IMG/VR virus record: IMGVR_UViG_3300005805_000168
Coordinates: 1-41,468 of that record
Length of the DNA: 41,468 nucleotides
Source of the DNA: a virus
Lineage: Duplodnaviria; Caudoviricetes
Reading direction: 5' to 3' (one strand)
The notes below the pieces were generated by a model. It was given only the letters and a program-made list of their open reading frames with translations. It had not been told where the DNA came from and did not search any database. The translations under genes were made by a program, and so were the position numbers. Of this stretch, positions 26,001 to 34,822 are shown piece after piece. The number at the start of each line of letters is the position of its first letter. Position 1 is the first letter of the stretch.

Positions 26001-26532
26001 CAAAAATCTCATTGTCGAGATCGTCCATGAGTTTTTTCATGGATTGATCTCTTTTAACACCTTCTTCAGTCAGTTCCAAATCGCTGTCGCACATAGGACA
26101 TACATCTTTTGTAGAATGAAATTCTAAATCATCTTCTTTATAAATAGACCCATCCTCATTTAGATAGAGTGTGTGTGACTCATAGCTTTGTCCCTTCCAA
26201 CGGCACTTTGTACATTTATGAGTGGGTTCAGGTGGAGTAGGTTCACTATGCCAACTATCTTCATCCCCTAACTCATAGGTTACATCATAACCTCCCTTAC
26301 GTTCAGTCCACCAATCATCATATTGTCGTTCCCACTCGATCTCGATATCGTTTTCCCAAGCATCGCTGATTACTTCTTCAACATCTTTGTATCCTGTTTC
26401 TATTTGGACTAACAATTCGTCTAACTCATCTTCACTTAAATCAGGATAAATTTCTGCTAATAGATCAGTGTCCAATTCGTATGCGAATCGACTATCTACG
26501 CTATGCCATTCATGTTTTACAATAGTTACCAT
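25993..26532 (-). CDS. acidic hypothetical protein with Zn ribbon
   Basis: CTKC...CPMC; AAGGAG SD. Confidence 0.7.
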   Translation of the reverse strand: MVTIVKHEWHSVDSRFAYELDTDLLAEIYPDLSEDELDELLVQIETGYKDVEEVISDAWENDIEIEWERQYDDWWTERKGGYDVTYELGDEDSWHSEPTPPEPTHKCTKCRWKGQSYESHTLYLNEDGSIYKEDDLEFHSTKDVCPMCDSDLELTEEGVKRDQSMKKLMDDLDNEIFDE

Positions 26533-26541
26533 GTTTTCTCC

Positions 26542-27546
26542 TTAAAATTGGGCAGTAATAATGTCTCTGATATCACAATTTAGATCATGTCTTTTTATTA
26601 TATCAGAAACCAAAGACAAATCAGTTTCTGCTTGGGAGCAGAAATGCCTATAATTGAATTCTATATCATAAAGCATATCGTGATGATTTTTAATGTTTTC
26701 TGTAAGGTACTTTACGTTTTCTACTATCAAGTCTAATCTGGATACATTGTCTATATCATCATATTTATAGGGCAAGTATTCTTCGAAAGTTTTATATCCT
26801 AACCTTTTTAACTTTGCCAATGTACCTTTTTGTCCAGCCATAATGAACGGATGTTTGTTAAGAATGGTAAGCCAAGTCTTTTCAGTGAGCCACGGATCAT
26901 CACCTTGTTCGTATAAGTGGCTCAAGTCCGTATCATACTCTGTTTCACTTATTAATCTAAATCCAGTACGTTGATACATAGTATGATCATATGGTATGGC
27001 AGGTGTATGACCTACTAACGATGTATTCACATTATCCGGATTGCTATTGAATCTACTATATTCATGTGACTCAGGAAGATACAATGAGTATATAGCATGA
27101 TTCAACAATGATTGCTCTAGTAATTTTTTAAACAACGGAAACCGATTCGTCTTGCTCCATTTACCTGTTAAAAACAAAAAATTGCTATGAGGTTTCCATG
27201 TTATATTCATAGGACATCTTTTTCTGTAAAAAAGATCATGATATGCAATAAGTCCTATGCCATTAACGTAATGTACCTCTATATCTAGTCCTGATAAGTC
27301 TGCCTCTACTTTGTTGTGTAGCCAATCGGCTAATACCAATATTACCCTAGACTTTTTAGATGCTTGTCCTAAAATGGAACGGATGTGTGTCCAAGCATCT
27401 TTGCTCATATGACACACATCCCAAATCTGATATATTATACGTACTGGGTGTTTGCTATCTAAGAAATCCTCAACGACTTTGTAGTTTAGTGTTTTATTTT
27501 CAATGTCAAAGAAGTTGTATAATATGTGGTTATCGAAACTTACCAT
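26542..27546 (-). CDS. glycosyltransferase-like protein, paralog of 3326..4492
   Basis: FLFLTGK..KTNR, LISETE, WLTEKTWLTILNKHPFI, GYKTFEEYL..YD. Confidence 0.5.
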   Translation of the reverse strand: MVSFDNHILYNFFDIENKTLNYKVVEDFLDSKHPVRIIYQIWDVCHMSKDAWTHIRSILGQASKKSRVILVLADWLHNKVEADLSGLDIEVHYVNGIGLIAYHDLFYRKRCPMNITWKPHSNFLFLTGKWSKTNRFPLFKKLLEQSLLNHAIYSLYLPESHEYSRFNSNPDNVNTSLVGHTPAIPYDHTMYQRTGFRLISETEYDTDLSHLYEQGDDPWLTEKTWLTILNKHPFIMAGQKGTLAKLKRLGYKTFEEYLPYKYDDIDNVSRLDLIVENVKYLTENIKNHHDMLYDIEFNYRHFCSQAETDLSLVSDIIKRHDLNCDIRDIITAQF

Positions 27547-27787
27547 TCTTGCTTATGTCTTTATGTTTTATGAAGATTACGTTATGTATTTTATCTTCAT
27601 ATTTAATAGGCAAGTCTAGAAAGACGCTAATTTTAGGACCTTCTGTTTCGCTCACTACACTATCATTGCCTACAGTACCTATAAAAGGTATACCATTCCA
27701 TTTACCACGAACACGATCACCTATAAAGTACGTAGGTTTGTATCGATTTTTTTCAAAATACTCACTCAGATTCATCGTCATCCTCAA
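27530..27787 (-). CDS. hypothetical protein
   Basis: YFIGDRVRGKWNGIPFIGTVG; start may be 27775. Confidence 0.65.
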   Translation of the reverse strand: MRMTMNLSEYFEKNRYKPTYFIGDRVRGKWNGIPFIGTVGNDSVVSETEGPKISVFLDLPIKYEDKIHNVIFIKHKDISKNGKFR

Positions 27788-28034
27788 AGGTTGATTCCAA
27801 CATTCTAATGAGTTGTTCGCAATATTCTCTGGTCATAGTAAGTGTCATACTGGTACCATTGTCACCCATTAATGTTAGTGTGGTACCTCCGTCTGTAGTG
27901 ACTCCTACACGATAATATTCTTTTGGTTTTGAGATTAACGTTGGCTTAATGTAATCGACTGGCAGCTTCACAACATTTTTTGGATCAGTATCATCCATAG
28001 CTTTTTTTAAACCTAAAAATTGTAAAAAATTCAT
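27762..28034 (-). CDS. hypothetical protein
   Basis: start MNFLQFLG at 28034, coupled to upstream TGA. Confidence 0.6.
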   Translation of the reverse strand: MNFLQFLGLKKAMDDTDPKNVVKLPVDYIKPTLISKPKEYYRVGVTTDGGTTLTLMGDNGTSMTLTMTREYCEQLIRMLESTFEDDDESE

Positions 28035-28198
28035 CAGTAATGCTTCCCGAAGAAACAATAGACGGCAAATCTTTTCCAAGTAGAAGGTTCATTATCTCTC
28101 CATGATACTTGGACAGGATTTTGCCGCCATGTCATACCATCAGGACCCCACTGCCAGTGATAGGTCCCGAATCGTATGTTAAACCACAAATTGCTCAT
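28034..28198 (-). CDS. small Trp-rich hypothetical protein (54 aa)
   Basis: Not in ORF track. MSNLWFNIRFGTYHWQWGPDG...FFGKHY; TAATG and TGATG overlaps on both sides. Confidence 0.65.
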   Translation of the reverse strand: MSNLWFNIRFGTYHWQWGPDGMTWRQNPVQVSWRDNEPSTWKRFAVYCFFGKHY

Positions 28199-28998
28199 TA
28201 CTTAGAAGGAGTCATCAATGCAGTGAAGTTGCTAGGAACAACAATGGTCTGTACCTTGCCATTCTTAATACCTTCGCTGATGTTCAGCATAGCCTGTGCT
28301 TGCATGAAAGCAATACTGTTTGCACTGTTGTTTGCCAGTGCAGCCATACGACGACTTTCAGCTTCGGCAGTCTTGACTTCAATTTCTTTTTGCTTGAGTT
28401 CGTTCTTAGCACGAACCAGTTCGTTTGCACTTGCAACAACACTGTCAGCAGGCACAACATTACGAATCAAGACTTGGCTGATGTTTAGAGATCCATCCAG
28501 CTTTTCTTCGGCAAGGTTGCGGACAATTTCATCCTTAATGAAGTTTTCCATTTCGCTACGATTGTCTGCCATATCAAGTGCCTCATACTTACGTGCAGCC
28601 TTGTAGATAGCATTACGTGCGTTCTGAACGATGTAATTGTACATCAGGAAAACGTCGCCGCTCTTGTCAGTAGCGTGGAAGCTCTTGTTTTTGCTTGCGT
28701 AGAGTTCGCTAACCTGATTAGGATTAATGTTATAGACCACAACAGCATCGAGGTCTTTCATCGTGCTATTATCTTTGGCGACAGGAGTCATGTTCTCCAG
28801 CGTGACATTGACGTCCTTGACTGGAAAAGTGAGGACATCACCAATCATAACCTGATTGAAAGAACCGGGCAACAGTTCGCCAGGTTTGACCTGTTTGTCA
28901 AAGCCCACACGAACACCCACCTCACCCGTTTCAATACGGGTGCAACCAGCAGCAAGAATAGCAGCCGCGATAATACCAAGCTTAAAAAGACTTTTCAT
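28198..28998 (-). CDS. SPFH/Band 7 (prohibitin-like) lipoprotein
   Basis: lipobox LAAGC, RIETGEVGVRVGF, coiled-coil AEAE region. Confidence 0.85.
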   Translation of the reverse strand: MKSLFKLGIIAAAILAAGCTRIETGEVGVRVGFDKQVKPGELLPGSFNQVMIGDVLTFPVKDVNVTLENMTPVAKDNSTMKDLDAVVVYNINPNQVSELYASKNKSFHATDKSGDVFLMYNYIVQNARNAIYKAARKYEALDMADNRSEMENFIKDEIVRNLAEEKLDGSLNISQVLIRNVVPADSVVASANELVRAKNELKQKEIEVKTAEAESRRMAALANNSANSIAFMQAQAMLNISEGIKNGKVQTIVVPSNFTALMTPSK

Positions 28999-29088
28999 TT
29001 ACATTACTCCAAACAGAAGAACAACCAAACACACAACAAAACCAAGTGCAAAATACACTAGGCGACCAGCAACATCAAGAGCCTTCAT
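28999..29088 (-). CDS. 29-aa single-TM microprotein
   Basis: MKALDVAGRLVYFALGFVVCLVVLLFGVM; AAGGA SD; stop abuts the SPFH ATG. Confidence 0.5.
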   Translation of the reverse strand: MKALDVAGRLVYFALGFVVCLVVLLFGVM

Positions 29089-29097
29089 TTTTTTCCT

Positions 29098-29274
29098 TTA
29101 AAACAACATTACAATCGTAATCAAAAAGACAATAGTGATTACAGAGCAGAGTATACTGTACAAAACATATTTTGTCAACGCCCACTGTTCCATTCCCGTC
29201 ATTTCACGAACGGCTTTGATGCCAAAAAACGTCAAGCCAAACACAACCAAAAACGATAGGATGATATTAATCAT
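29098..29274 (-). CDS. 58-aa two-TM membrane protein
   Basis: MINIILSFLVVFGLTFFGIKAV...ITIVFLITIVMLF; AAGGAG SD. Confidence 0.6.
   Translation of the reverse strand: MINIILSFLVVFGLTFFGIKAVREMTGMEQWALTKYVLYSILCSVITIVFLITIVMLF
29150..29178 (-). promoter_or_regulatory. internal sigma70 promoter for the SPFH operon
   Basis: TTGACA-17 bp-TATACT. Confidence 0.6.
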
Positions 29275-29283
29275 TTTTACTCC

Positions 29284-30621
29284 TTACTTGTCATCACGAA
29301 AACGCACGAAACGGGGGAACCGCAGACTATAGCTACCATCTTGGTTTTGTGTGATAACATCACAAAGAACCTCAGCAGTGCGACCGATAACTAGATTAGA
29401 GTTCTTCCAGTAATCATCACGATCCTCGTCACTGTACCCACTACCTACGTTGACTTGAATAAACTTGCCATCATCCATGCCCTCACACACTAGAGCACCA
29501 AGACGACCTTGATTACGACCAGTACCCTCTTCGATACCGACAACGGTAAGATCAACAGTAATTGTGGGCTTCCACTTCATCCAAAACGTATTACGTTTGC
29601 ACTCGTATGGAGCATTCACATCCTTGATCATGATGCCTTCAAATCCTGCGTTAACTTGATCCTTAGCATAACGCATAAGTTGATCCTTGCCTGCCGCAGT
29701 GTCAAGGTCTACCATAATGTGTGGCAGAAGTTCAACGTTAGCCATAGCGTCAATGACACTACGCATTGCCTCAAGCACTTCAATACGTTTGCTCAGTTGA
29801 GCATTCCAATGACCTCGACGGAAGTCTGCAAGAGGAATAATGTCAAAGATGTTGAACACGCTATCATCAGCCTGAACATTTTCCTTACGTCGGGCTTGTC
29901 GCATCAATTCTTGAAATGTGTTACCGATAACTTCACCGTCAAGAACAAACCCACCGCTCAGTTGTTTAGCCATTTTAGTTTGGCGAATCATCTTGAGCCA
30001 GTTGAGAGAGACTTGTTCCTCAATGTGTGTGAAATTTTCAAATACTTTGCCATTGCGGCTAAAGCTAATCACAGTCACGCCATTATCACTGGGAATAACC
30101 ATCATCAAAACACGAACACCATCGAGTTTGGGTTCGAGGCGTTTGATGCCACGCATTTCGGGACGACCTTCGCTATTGGTCGCAAGTTGACAACCAAAGA
30201 TAGGAATCTCATAATCAGTTTTTTTGCAGATTTTATTGATAGTCTTGTCACTGATACCTGCCCGCATATCTCGACGCAATACAGGAGCAAGGAATGTATT
30301 CCATTCTTCACTATCGAAACGTTCAGCCATTTCTTGAATAGCCTCACGTGCAGCATTTCCAGTAAGCCTACGTTGACTTAGTTGGAGCATAAGTTCATTA
30401 AATTCAGTCCATGGATTTTCGGCGTTAACGATGCCCACAGTATCGGGAATTTGCTTAACGCCGAAGGTCACATATGGATTGTAACAAGCCTTGAGGAAGC
30501 CCAGAAAAATCTGTGCATTGGTGCTACCTAGGACACTTGCCTCGAGGGCTTGCTTGATAACATCTTCCTTGTGAAGGCGGCTGTCACTTTCATTCAGTTT
30601 GTTGATCCAACTTGCACTCAT
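29284..30621 (-). CDS. ATP-dependent DNA ligase (T4 gp30-like)
   Basis: EPKLDGVR, VLDGEV, FDI, EGIMIK, WMKWK, VGSG, SLRFPRF; start probably MSASWI at 30621. Confidence 0.95.
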   Translation of the reverse strand: MSASWINKLNESDSRLHKEDVIKQALEASVLGSTNAQIFLGFLKACYNPYVTFGVKQIPDTVGIVNAENPWTEFNELMLQLSQRRLTGNAAREAIQEMAERFDSEEWNTFLAPVLRRDMRAGISDKTINKICKKTDYEIPIFGCQLATNSEGRPEMRGIKRLEPKLDGVRVLMMVIPSDNGVTVISFSRNGKVFENFTHIEEQVSLNWLKMIRQTKMAKQLSGGFVLDGEVIGNTFQELMRQARRKENVQADDSVFNIFDIIPLADFRRGHWNAQLSKRIEVLEAMRSVIDAMANVELLPHIMVDLDTAAGKDQLMRYAKDQVNAGFEGIMIKDVNAPYECKRNTFWMKWKPTITVDLTVVGIEEGTGRNQGRLGALVCEGMDDGKFIQVNVGSGYSDEDRDDYWKNSNLVIGRTAEVLCDVITQNQDGSYSLRFPRFVRFRDDK

Positions 30622-30628
30622 ATATTCC

Positions 30629-31135
30629 TCATTTAAAGGGCCACGCACTATTGCGGTCAAGTGGGGGTCTTGATTTAAGTTCCACTTTCTCTATTGAAAC
30701 GATATTATAGTCGGAATAGGTAATTTTGTCAACCTCAAAGGGTCCGTAAATAATTACCGAATCCTCTTCAATTTGCCAATTATGGTCACCGTCATATAGC
30801 CAAGCACCACACATTCTGCCATCCTCATCACCATCGCAATACAAACGTTCAATTTCTTCCCGTTCTTGTTCAGTGATTTCATCTTCAAAATCAAAATCGA
30901 TACCGACTCCGTCGTCTAGCTCACACCCATCACCGATATTAGGATTAACACTAATCCATTTATCTTCAAGATAAGGCAATTCATCTTCGGTTTCTACAAA
31001 ACCCTGTCCCCAACGATACAACTCTTTAACTGTCCATCCGACAATGCTACCATCAGGAAGTTCTTTGTAAACATCATAAAATTGTTCAATGGACTTTTTA
31101 TCTGTGGGTTTGATTCTGTATAATACTGTGTTCAT
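30629..31135 (-). CDS. acidic hypothetical protein
   Basis: 168-aa ORF ending AWPFK. Confidence 0.7.
   Translation of the reverse strand: MNTVLYRIKPTDKKSIEQFYDVYKELPDGSIVGWTVKELYRWGQGFVETEDELPYLEDKWISVNPNIGDGCELDDGVGIDFDFEDEITEQEREEIERLYCDGDEDGRMCGAWLYDGDHNWQIEEDSVIIYGPFEVDKITYSDYNIVSIEKVELKSRPPLDRNSAWPFK
30704..30732 (-). promoter_or_regulatory. internal sigma70 promoter for DNA ligase
   Basis: TTGACA-17 bp-TATAAT inside the upstream CDS. Confidence 0.7.
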
Positions 31136-31656
31136 TCACATAACTCCTTAAAGTTATTAACTTGGAAAGACCAAATTTCTTTTGATGTACCATTCGGTGT
31201 GAATCGTTCAGGCATCCCGCCGTTCTTGCTAAAACGTATACGTAGACCGACCTCTCTACGTTTTTGCTTGACACCGATATAGAATTCAGGCGGTATGCGG
31301 AAATAGAAAACATCTTCTACCAACGGATCTACAACAACAACCCTAAGCACACCCTTTTTGTTTTTGGTGCTGAAACCTGCGCCACGGTTAGGATCTTTGA
31401 TTGTACCTTGATTGACTACAGTGACCTTCTTAGCATCACTGCCATCTGTAAAATCCATACCTTGCTTGTTTGTTCGCTCAAGCTTGCCAACACGTGATAT
31501 AGCATTCTCTACCATGCTTTCCATGGCAAGGTCACCTTGCCTGACTGCTTTCTTTAAGCCAGGTAGGTGACTCTTACGATATCCTGCGAACCGATAAATT
31601 TTTTCTAGCAAAATTTCATCGGCTGCAAACTGTTCTTCTGAATATTTACTTGCCAT
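31132..31656 (-). CDS. hypothetical protein (possible nuclease-like fold)
   Basis: E...GMDFTDGSDAK, loosely like PD-(D/E)xK. Confidence 0.55.
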   Translation of the reverse strand: MASKYSEEQFAADEILLEKIYRFAGYRKSHLPGLKKAVRQGDLAMESMVENAISRVGKLERTNKQGMDFTDGSDAKKVTVVNQGTIKDPNRGAGFSTKNKKGVLRVVVVDPLVEDVFYFRIPPEFYIGVKQKRREVGLRIRFSKNGGMPERFTPNGTSKEIWSFQVNNFKELCE

Positions 31657-32011
31657 CTATCACCGCCTTTTCCTCCTTTGCTACCAGTATGTTTACCAGT
31701 TGTTGGTTGCGATAATCTTGTTCCTTGCGTCTACGCTTGGCATCATTATTTTTACCAAACAACATTCGGTCATAGTTTCTAGCCCACTTAATACCTTCAA
31801 TCCAATGTTCAAGTGCATCAAGAGTTCCCACAAATAACTCAGCATCACGTGAAAAGATAGGTAGGCTTTCGTAGTCTTTTGGTACTACCCCAACAACATC
31901 TGTAGAATTACTTCCTCTTGCGCCGAATCTTGAAGAACACATCATCAAACCGAGAGTGTCGCATTCAGCTTCCAATCTACGGATTCTCTGCACTAAATAA
32001 AATCCAGTCAT
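31646..32011 (-). CDS. hypothetical protein
   Basis: 121-aa ORF in operon. Confidence 0.7.
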   Translation of the reverse strand: MTGFYLVQRIRRLEAECDTLGLMMCSSRFGARGSNSTDVVGVVPKDYESLPIFSRDAELFVGTLDALEHWIEGIKWARNYDRMLFGKNNDAKRRRKEQDYRNQQLVNILVAKEEKAVIDGK

Positions 32012-32015
32012 ATTA

Positions 32016-32405
32016 TCACCAACTTGAATTGTAAAACACTCGACGCTTTAGGAAAAGCTCCGATCTAGCGGTAGCGCAAAACTGCAGGTCATGATCGTTA
32101 TAATAATCATCACTGGGTCTACCAAAGAAGAACCCGGTAGTCTCTAACTTGGACATTTCTCCTGATTTAATATCTTGCTCTAGGCGGTTAATATCTTCCC
32201 AAAAGAGTTCAAGTTCAACACCATTGAAATTGTCATCATAGATTCCTAGGCTGTCTTTATTGGAACCACCGCGTAAGATCCAAAGCTTTTCCATCCAACC
32301 CTGCAGGTTAGGATGTTTGCGCCAATAGGCAATTTCTTGACGGCTGGGGTCATCCCAATCGGTGCCTTCTTTGCTAGCAATGTATGCGTATTGATCTAGT
32401 CCCAT
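32016..32405 (-). CDS. conserved phage hypothetical protein (MGLDQY...YWRKH type)
   Basis: MGLDQY, YWRKHPNLQGWM, GFFFG, FYNSSW. Confidence 0.75.
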   Translation of the reverse strand: MGLDQYAYIASKEGTDWDDPSRQEIAYWRKHPNLQGWMEKLWILRGGSNKDSLGIYDDNFNGVELELFWEDINRLEQDIKSGEMSKLETTGFFFGRPSDDYYNDHDLQFCATARSELFLKRRVFYNSSW

Positions 32406-32414
32406 AATACACTT

Positions 32415-32621
32415 TCAAAACTGAAAAATTCTGTCCAAAATTTCTTTAGCAATATCTACTTCGCCAACCTCATCAAACGTGGCTGCGGTGATCATCTGAA
32501 ACACAACAATGGCATCATGACCGAAGATAGAAATAATTTTATCTACCTCATCTTTTGAATCTGCCTCCCACATCAGGTCGGCAATTTTGACTTGATTTTG
32601 ATTTGCAAATTGAATTTCCAT
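32415..32621 (-). CDS. hypothetical protein
   Basis: start MEIQFAN. Confidence 0.6.
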   Translation of the reverse strand: MEIQFANQNQVKIADLMWEADSKDEVDKIISIFGHDAIVVFQMITAATFDEVGEVDIAKEILDRIFQF

Positions 32622-32622
32622 A

Positions 32623-32844
32623 TCATTCCCCGTTATCAATCAAACGATCCAATTTACTCTCTATATCTTTAACCATCTTGGTTAACCGTTCACATTCTAA
32701 TTCTGCCTTATTAAGGCGAGTCTGATAATCTTGGGCAACCAAATCGGCAAATGTTTCAAGCCATTGCCGTTTAGTATATGATGCACATTCAAATGGAGCG
32801 TTGCTTATAGCTTGCTCAATTAAAGTTTTTATATTATCGTTCAT
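32623..32844 (-). CDS. hypothetical coiled-coil protein
   Basis: 73-aa ORF, TAATG coupling. Confidence 0.6.
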   Translation of the reverse strand: MNDNIKTLIEQAISNAPFECASYTKRQWLETFADLVAQDYQTRLNKAELECERLTKMVKDIESKLDRLIDNGE

Positions 32845-33059
32845 TAAATATCTAACCTCGGAAAAGAAATATCCTTGTACTCGACGCCATTGGCAGTAAT
32901 TTTACGATGAATTTCGGCTTGTACGTAGAGTCGCATTGGGTTGTCAATCAATACATAATGGATGATGACTTCTCCATCAATATTATACTTCTCCATCACC
33001 AACTTAGCAATAGATAAATGTTGGCTACGAGAAGGTTGATACCCGTTTACGTACTTCAT
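32844..33059 (-). CDS. hypothetical protein
   Basis: 71-aa ORF, TAATG coupling. Confidence 0.6.
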   Translation of the reverse strand: MKYVNGYQPSRSQHLSIAKLVMEKYNIDGEVIIHYVLIDNPMRLYVQAEIHRKITANGVEYKDISFPRLDI

Positions 33060-33694
33060 TACACAACCTTGACACGGTTCAGTTGGGTGCTGTTATCACG
33101 ATGAGCCTTGACAGTGCCCTGTGCAATGACAAGCTTGCCTGCAGGAATAGCATCACGGTAGCTAAAGAAAACGACCTGATCTTCCGCAGTGATACCAGTA
33201 ACAAAGTACACACCCCATTGCTGGCTAAACACGCTACGAATGACCTCGATGTTGATCTTAATTTTTTCACCGATTCGGCCGATGAAGCCACCACTAGCAC
33301 CTTCAATCTTACGATTGAGGTTATCACGCTTGACGGCACGTTCGTAGCACGACGGGAGGCTTGCGATAACCGCAACATCGTAGTTGGATTCGATAACGTC
33401 ACGATTGGCAATCACCATTGCGGTGTTGTCGAAGTCATTCAACTTCTTGCCCTGCAGGATCTTGAAAGTCAGACCCTTGTAGTAGCGCCGAACGGCTTCA
33501 CCTTGCTCACGATCAGCCTCAGTGATGAGGTCCGTGTTAGCAAGGAAATTGTCAACAATTTGACGATTGGTCTCGGTGTTCTTGCCATCCTCGATAGTTT
33601 TGAGGTAGGCACCATTGATTCGCTGGGCTGCACAAGCGGCACCCCAAACGTCAGAAGCTTGCAGATTCAGAACCGGGCGTTGATAGCGAGCCAT
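33059..33694 (-). CDS. hypothetical protein with probable C-terminal OB-fold
   Basis: FIGRIGEKI...GTVKAH...TQLNRVK; GGAG SD and own promoter. Confidence 0.65.
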   Translation of the reverse strand: MARYQRPVLNLQASDVWGAACAAQRINGAYLKTIEDGKNTETNRQIVDNFLANTDLITEADREQGEAVRRYYKGLTFKILQGKKLNDFDNTAMVIANRDVIESNYDVAVIASLPSCYERAVKRDNLNRKIEGASGGFIGRIGEKIKINIEVIRSVFSQQWGVYFVTGITAEDQVVFFSYRDAIPAGKLVIAQGTVKAHRDNSTQLNRVKVV

Positions 33695-33725
33695 TTGTTT
33701 CTCCGTTGTTTCAGACTATACCGAT

Positions 33726-33754
33726 ATTATATACGATTTGGGAATTATTGTCAA
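33726..33754 (-). promoter_or_regulatory. sigma70 early promoter (extended motif)
   Basis: TTGACA ATAATTCCCAAATCGTA TATAAT; the TGA is the upstream stop. Confidence 0.85.
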
Positions 33755-34017
33755 GCCACGAACCGATCATAACCGCGGATAGGGCTGCGGCGATCAGTAG
33801 TGTGCTCCTCGTACTTGATAACTATTCCTTTGGTAGCAAGAGCAGTCACCAGCGTACTAAGGTCACAGTCTTCCTCGAGGTAGACGGTGTCACCCTTTTG
33901 GTAACTGTAGGGCGTAATCTTGTGTGCAATGCCGAGGTCGAACAACACCTTGCGCTTGACCGCTCCCCAGCCATGACCGGGATCCGAGTAAAACTTGACC
34001 TTAAAAGCTTCAGACAT
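33751..34017 (-). CDS. conserved phage hypothetical protein (DPGHGW...YLEEDCD type)
   Basis: FYSDPGHGW, YSY, VYLEEDCD; start 34017. Confidence 0.7.
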   Translation of the reverse strand: MSEAFKVKFYSDPGHGWGAVKRKVLFDLGIAHKITPYSYQKGDTVYLEEDCDLSTLVTALATKGIVIKYEEHTTDRRSPIRGYDRFVA

Positions 34018-34028
34018 TTTTGTTCCTT

Positions 34029-34298
34029 TTAGCGTGAGACAGGAAAAACTTTTTTGTCGTTGAAAAACATCGACCCGTTTTCGAACCAAAGATGACCGTC
34101 CTCTTGCAGGATCTTCAGTGGCGCAGTTTCCTTTACACGCCTCATGTAGTTTTCAACATGATAGTACCGGCAGAGCACCTGCTTGATCATAGCCTTAGTG
34201 ATGGGCCGACCACGCTTAACACGTGCAACGAATTCGTTGTTATACAGGAGAAACTCACCAGAGATTTGAAACAAATCTTTTCGAAACGCAGTCATCAC
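34029..34298 (-). CDS. hypothetical protein
   Basis: 89-aa ORF behind a promoter. Confidence 0.6.
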   Translation of the reverse strand: MMTAFRKDLFQISGEFLLYNNEFVARVKRGRPITKAMIKQVLCRYYHVENYMRRVKETAPLKILQEDGHLWFENGSMFFNDKKVFPVSR

Positions 34299-34325
34299 AA
34301 GTCCTGTTAATCAATCAATACACGT

Positions 34326-34354
34326 ATTATATACCCAAACCTATTTATTGTCAA
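34326..34354 (-). promoter_or_regulatory. sigma70 early promoter (extended motif)
   Basis: TTGACA ATAAATAGGTTTGGGTA TATAAT. Confidence 0.85.
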
Positions 34355-34473
34355 CTTTCAGTCATCGTCACCCAGGGTAGCCCCAGTGAGGAACACAAGG
34401 ATGAGTACAACACAAAACAGCCAACCCAAAAAGTAAATCACGGTTATCTCCGCTATTTGAACGTAACAAACAT

Positions 34474-34502
34474 ATTGTATTACCGTATGGATTTATTGTC
34501 AA
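34474..34502 (-). promoter_or_regulatory. sigma70 early promoter (extended motif)
   Basis: TTGACA ATAAATCCATACGGTAA TACAAT. Confidence 0.75.
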
Positions 34503-34509
34503 GCCGTGG

Positions 34510-34535
34510 AAAAGCCCCGTTTATAGGGGCTTTTT
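34510..34535. terminator. intrinsic terminator directly upstream of a promoter
   Basis: AAAAGCCCC GTTTATA GGGGCTTTTT. Confidence 0.8.
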
Positions 34536-34537
34536 AA

Positions 34538-34822
34538 TTACTTCTTGGAAACGTTGCTTTGATTTACAAATGCGTACATTTTTTCAGCAGTCTCCAAAAC
34601 TTTGTCAAGTCCTGGAAATGCAGGCATATCAACCCTGTTTACAATTTGACCGGTCTTTTCATCACGCATGGCGCTGATTTCCCAACCTTGCCACTTGTAT
34701 GTATATTCTTGTGCTACAAGATCCTTAGCCATTGCTAAAATGTCGGTGCGGATTTCATATCCGTTCTTGTTGAACTTAACTTCGGGCATTTTTACTTCTG
34801 GTAAAATACGATCACTATTCAT
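34538..34822 (-). CDS. conserved phage hypothetical protein (KNGYEIRTDIL type)
   Basis: 94 aa; AAGGAG SD; TTGACA-17-TAACAT at 34849..34877. Confidence 0.75.
   Translation of the reverse strand: MNSDRILPEVKMPEVKFNKNGYEIRTDILAMAKDLVAQEYTYKWQGWEISAMRDEKTGQIVNRVDMPAFPGLDKVLETAEKMYAFVNQSNVSKK

Noticed and set aside
24918-33772. Long + strand ORFs (24918..25694, 28109..28606, 29509..30381, 33083..33772; also 11112..11579 and 14705..15259)
   Set aside because: They are antisense shadows of well-supported minus-strand genes, with no motifs or SD.
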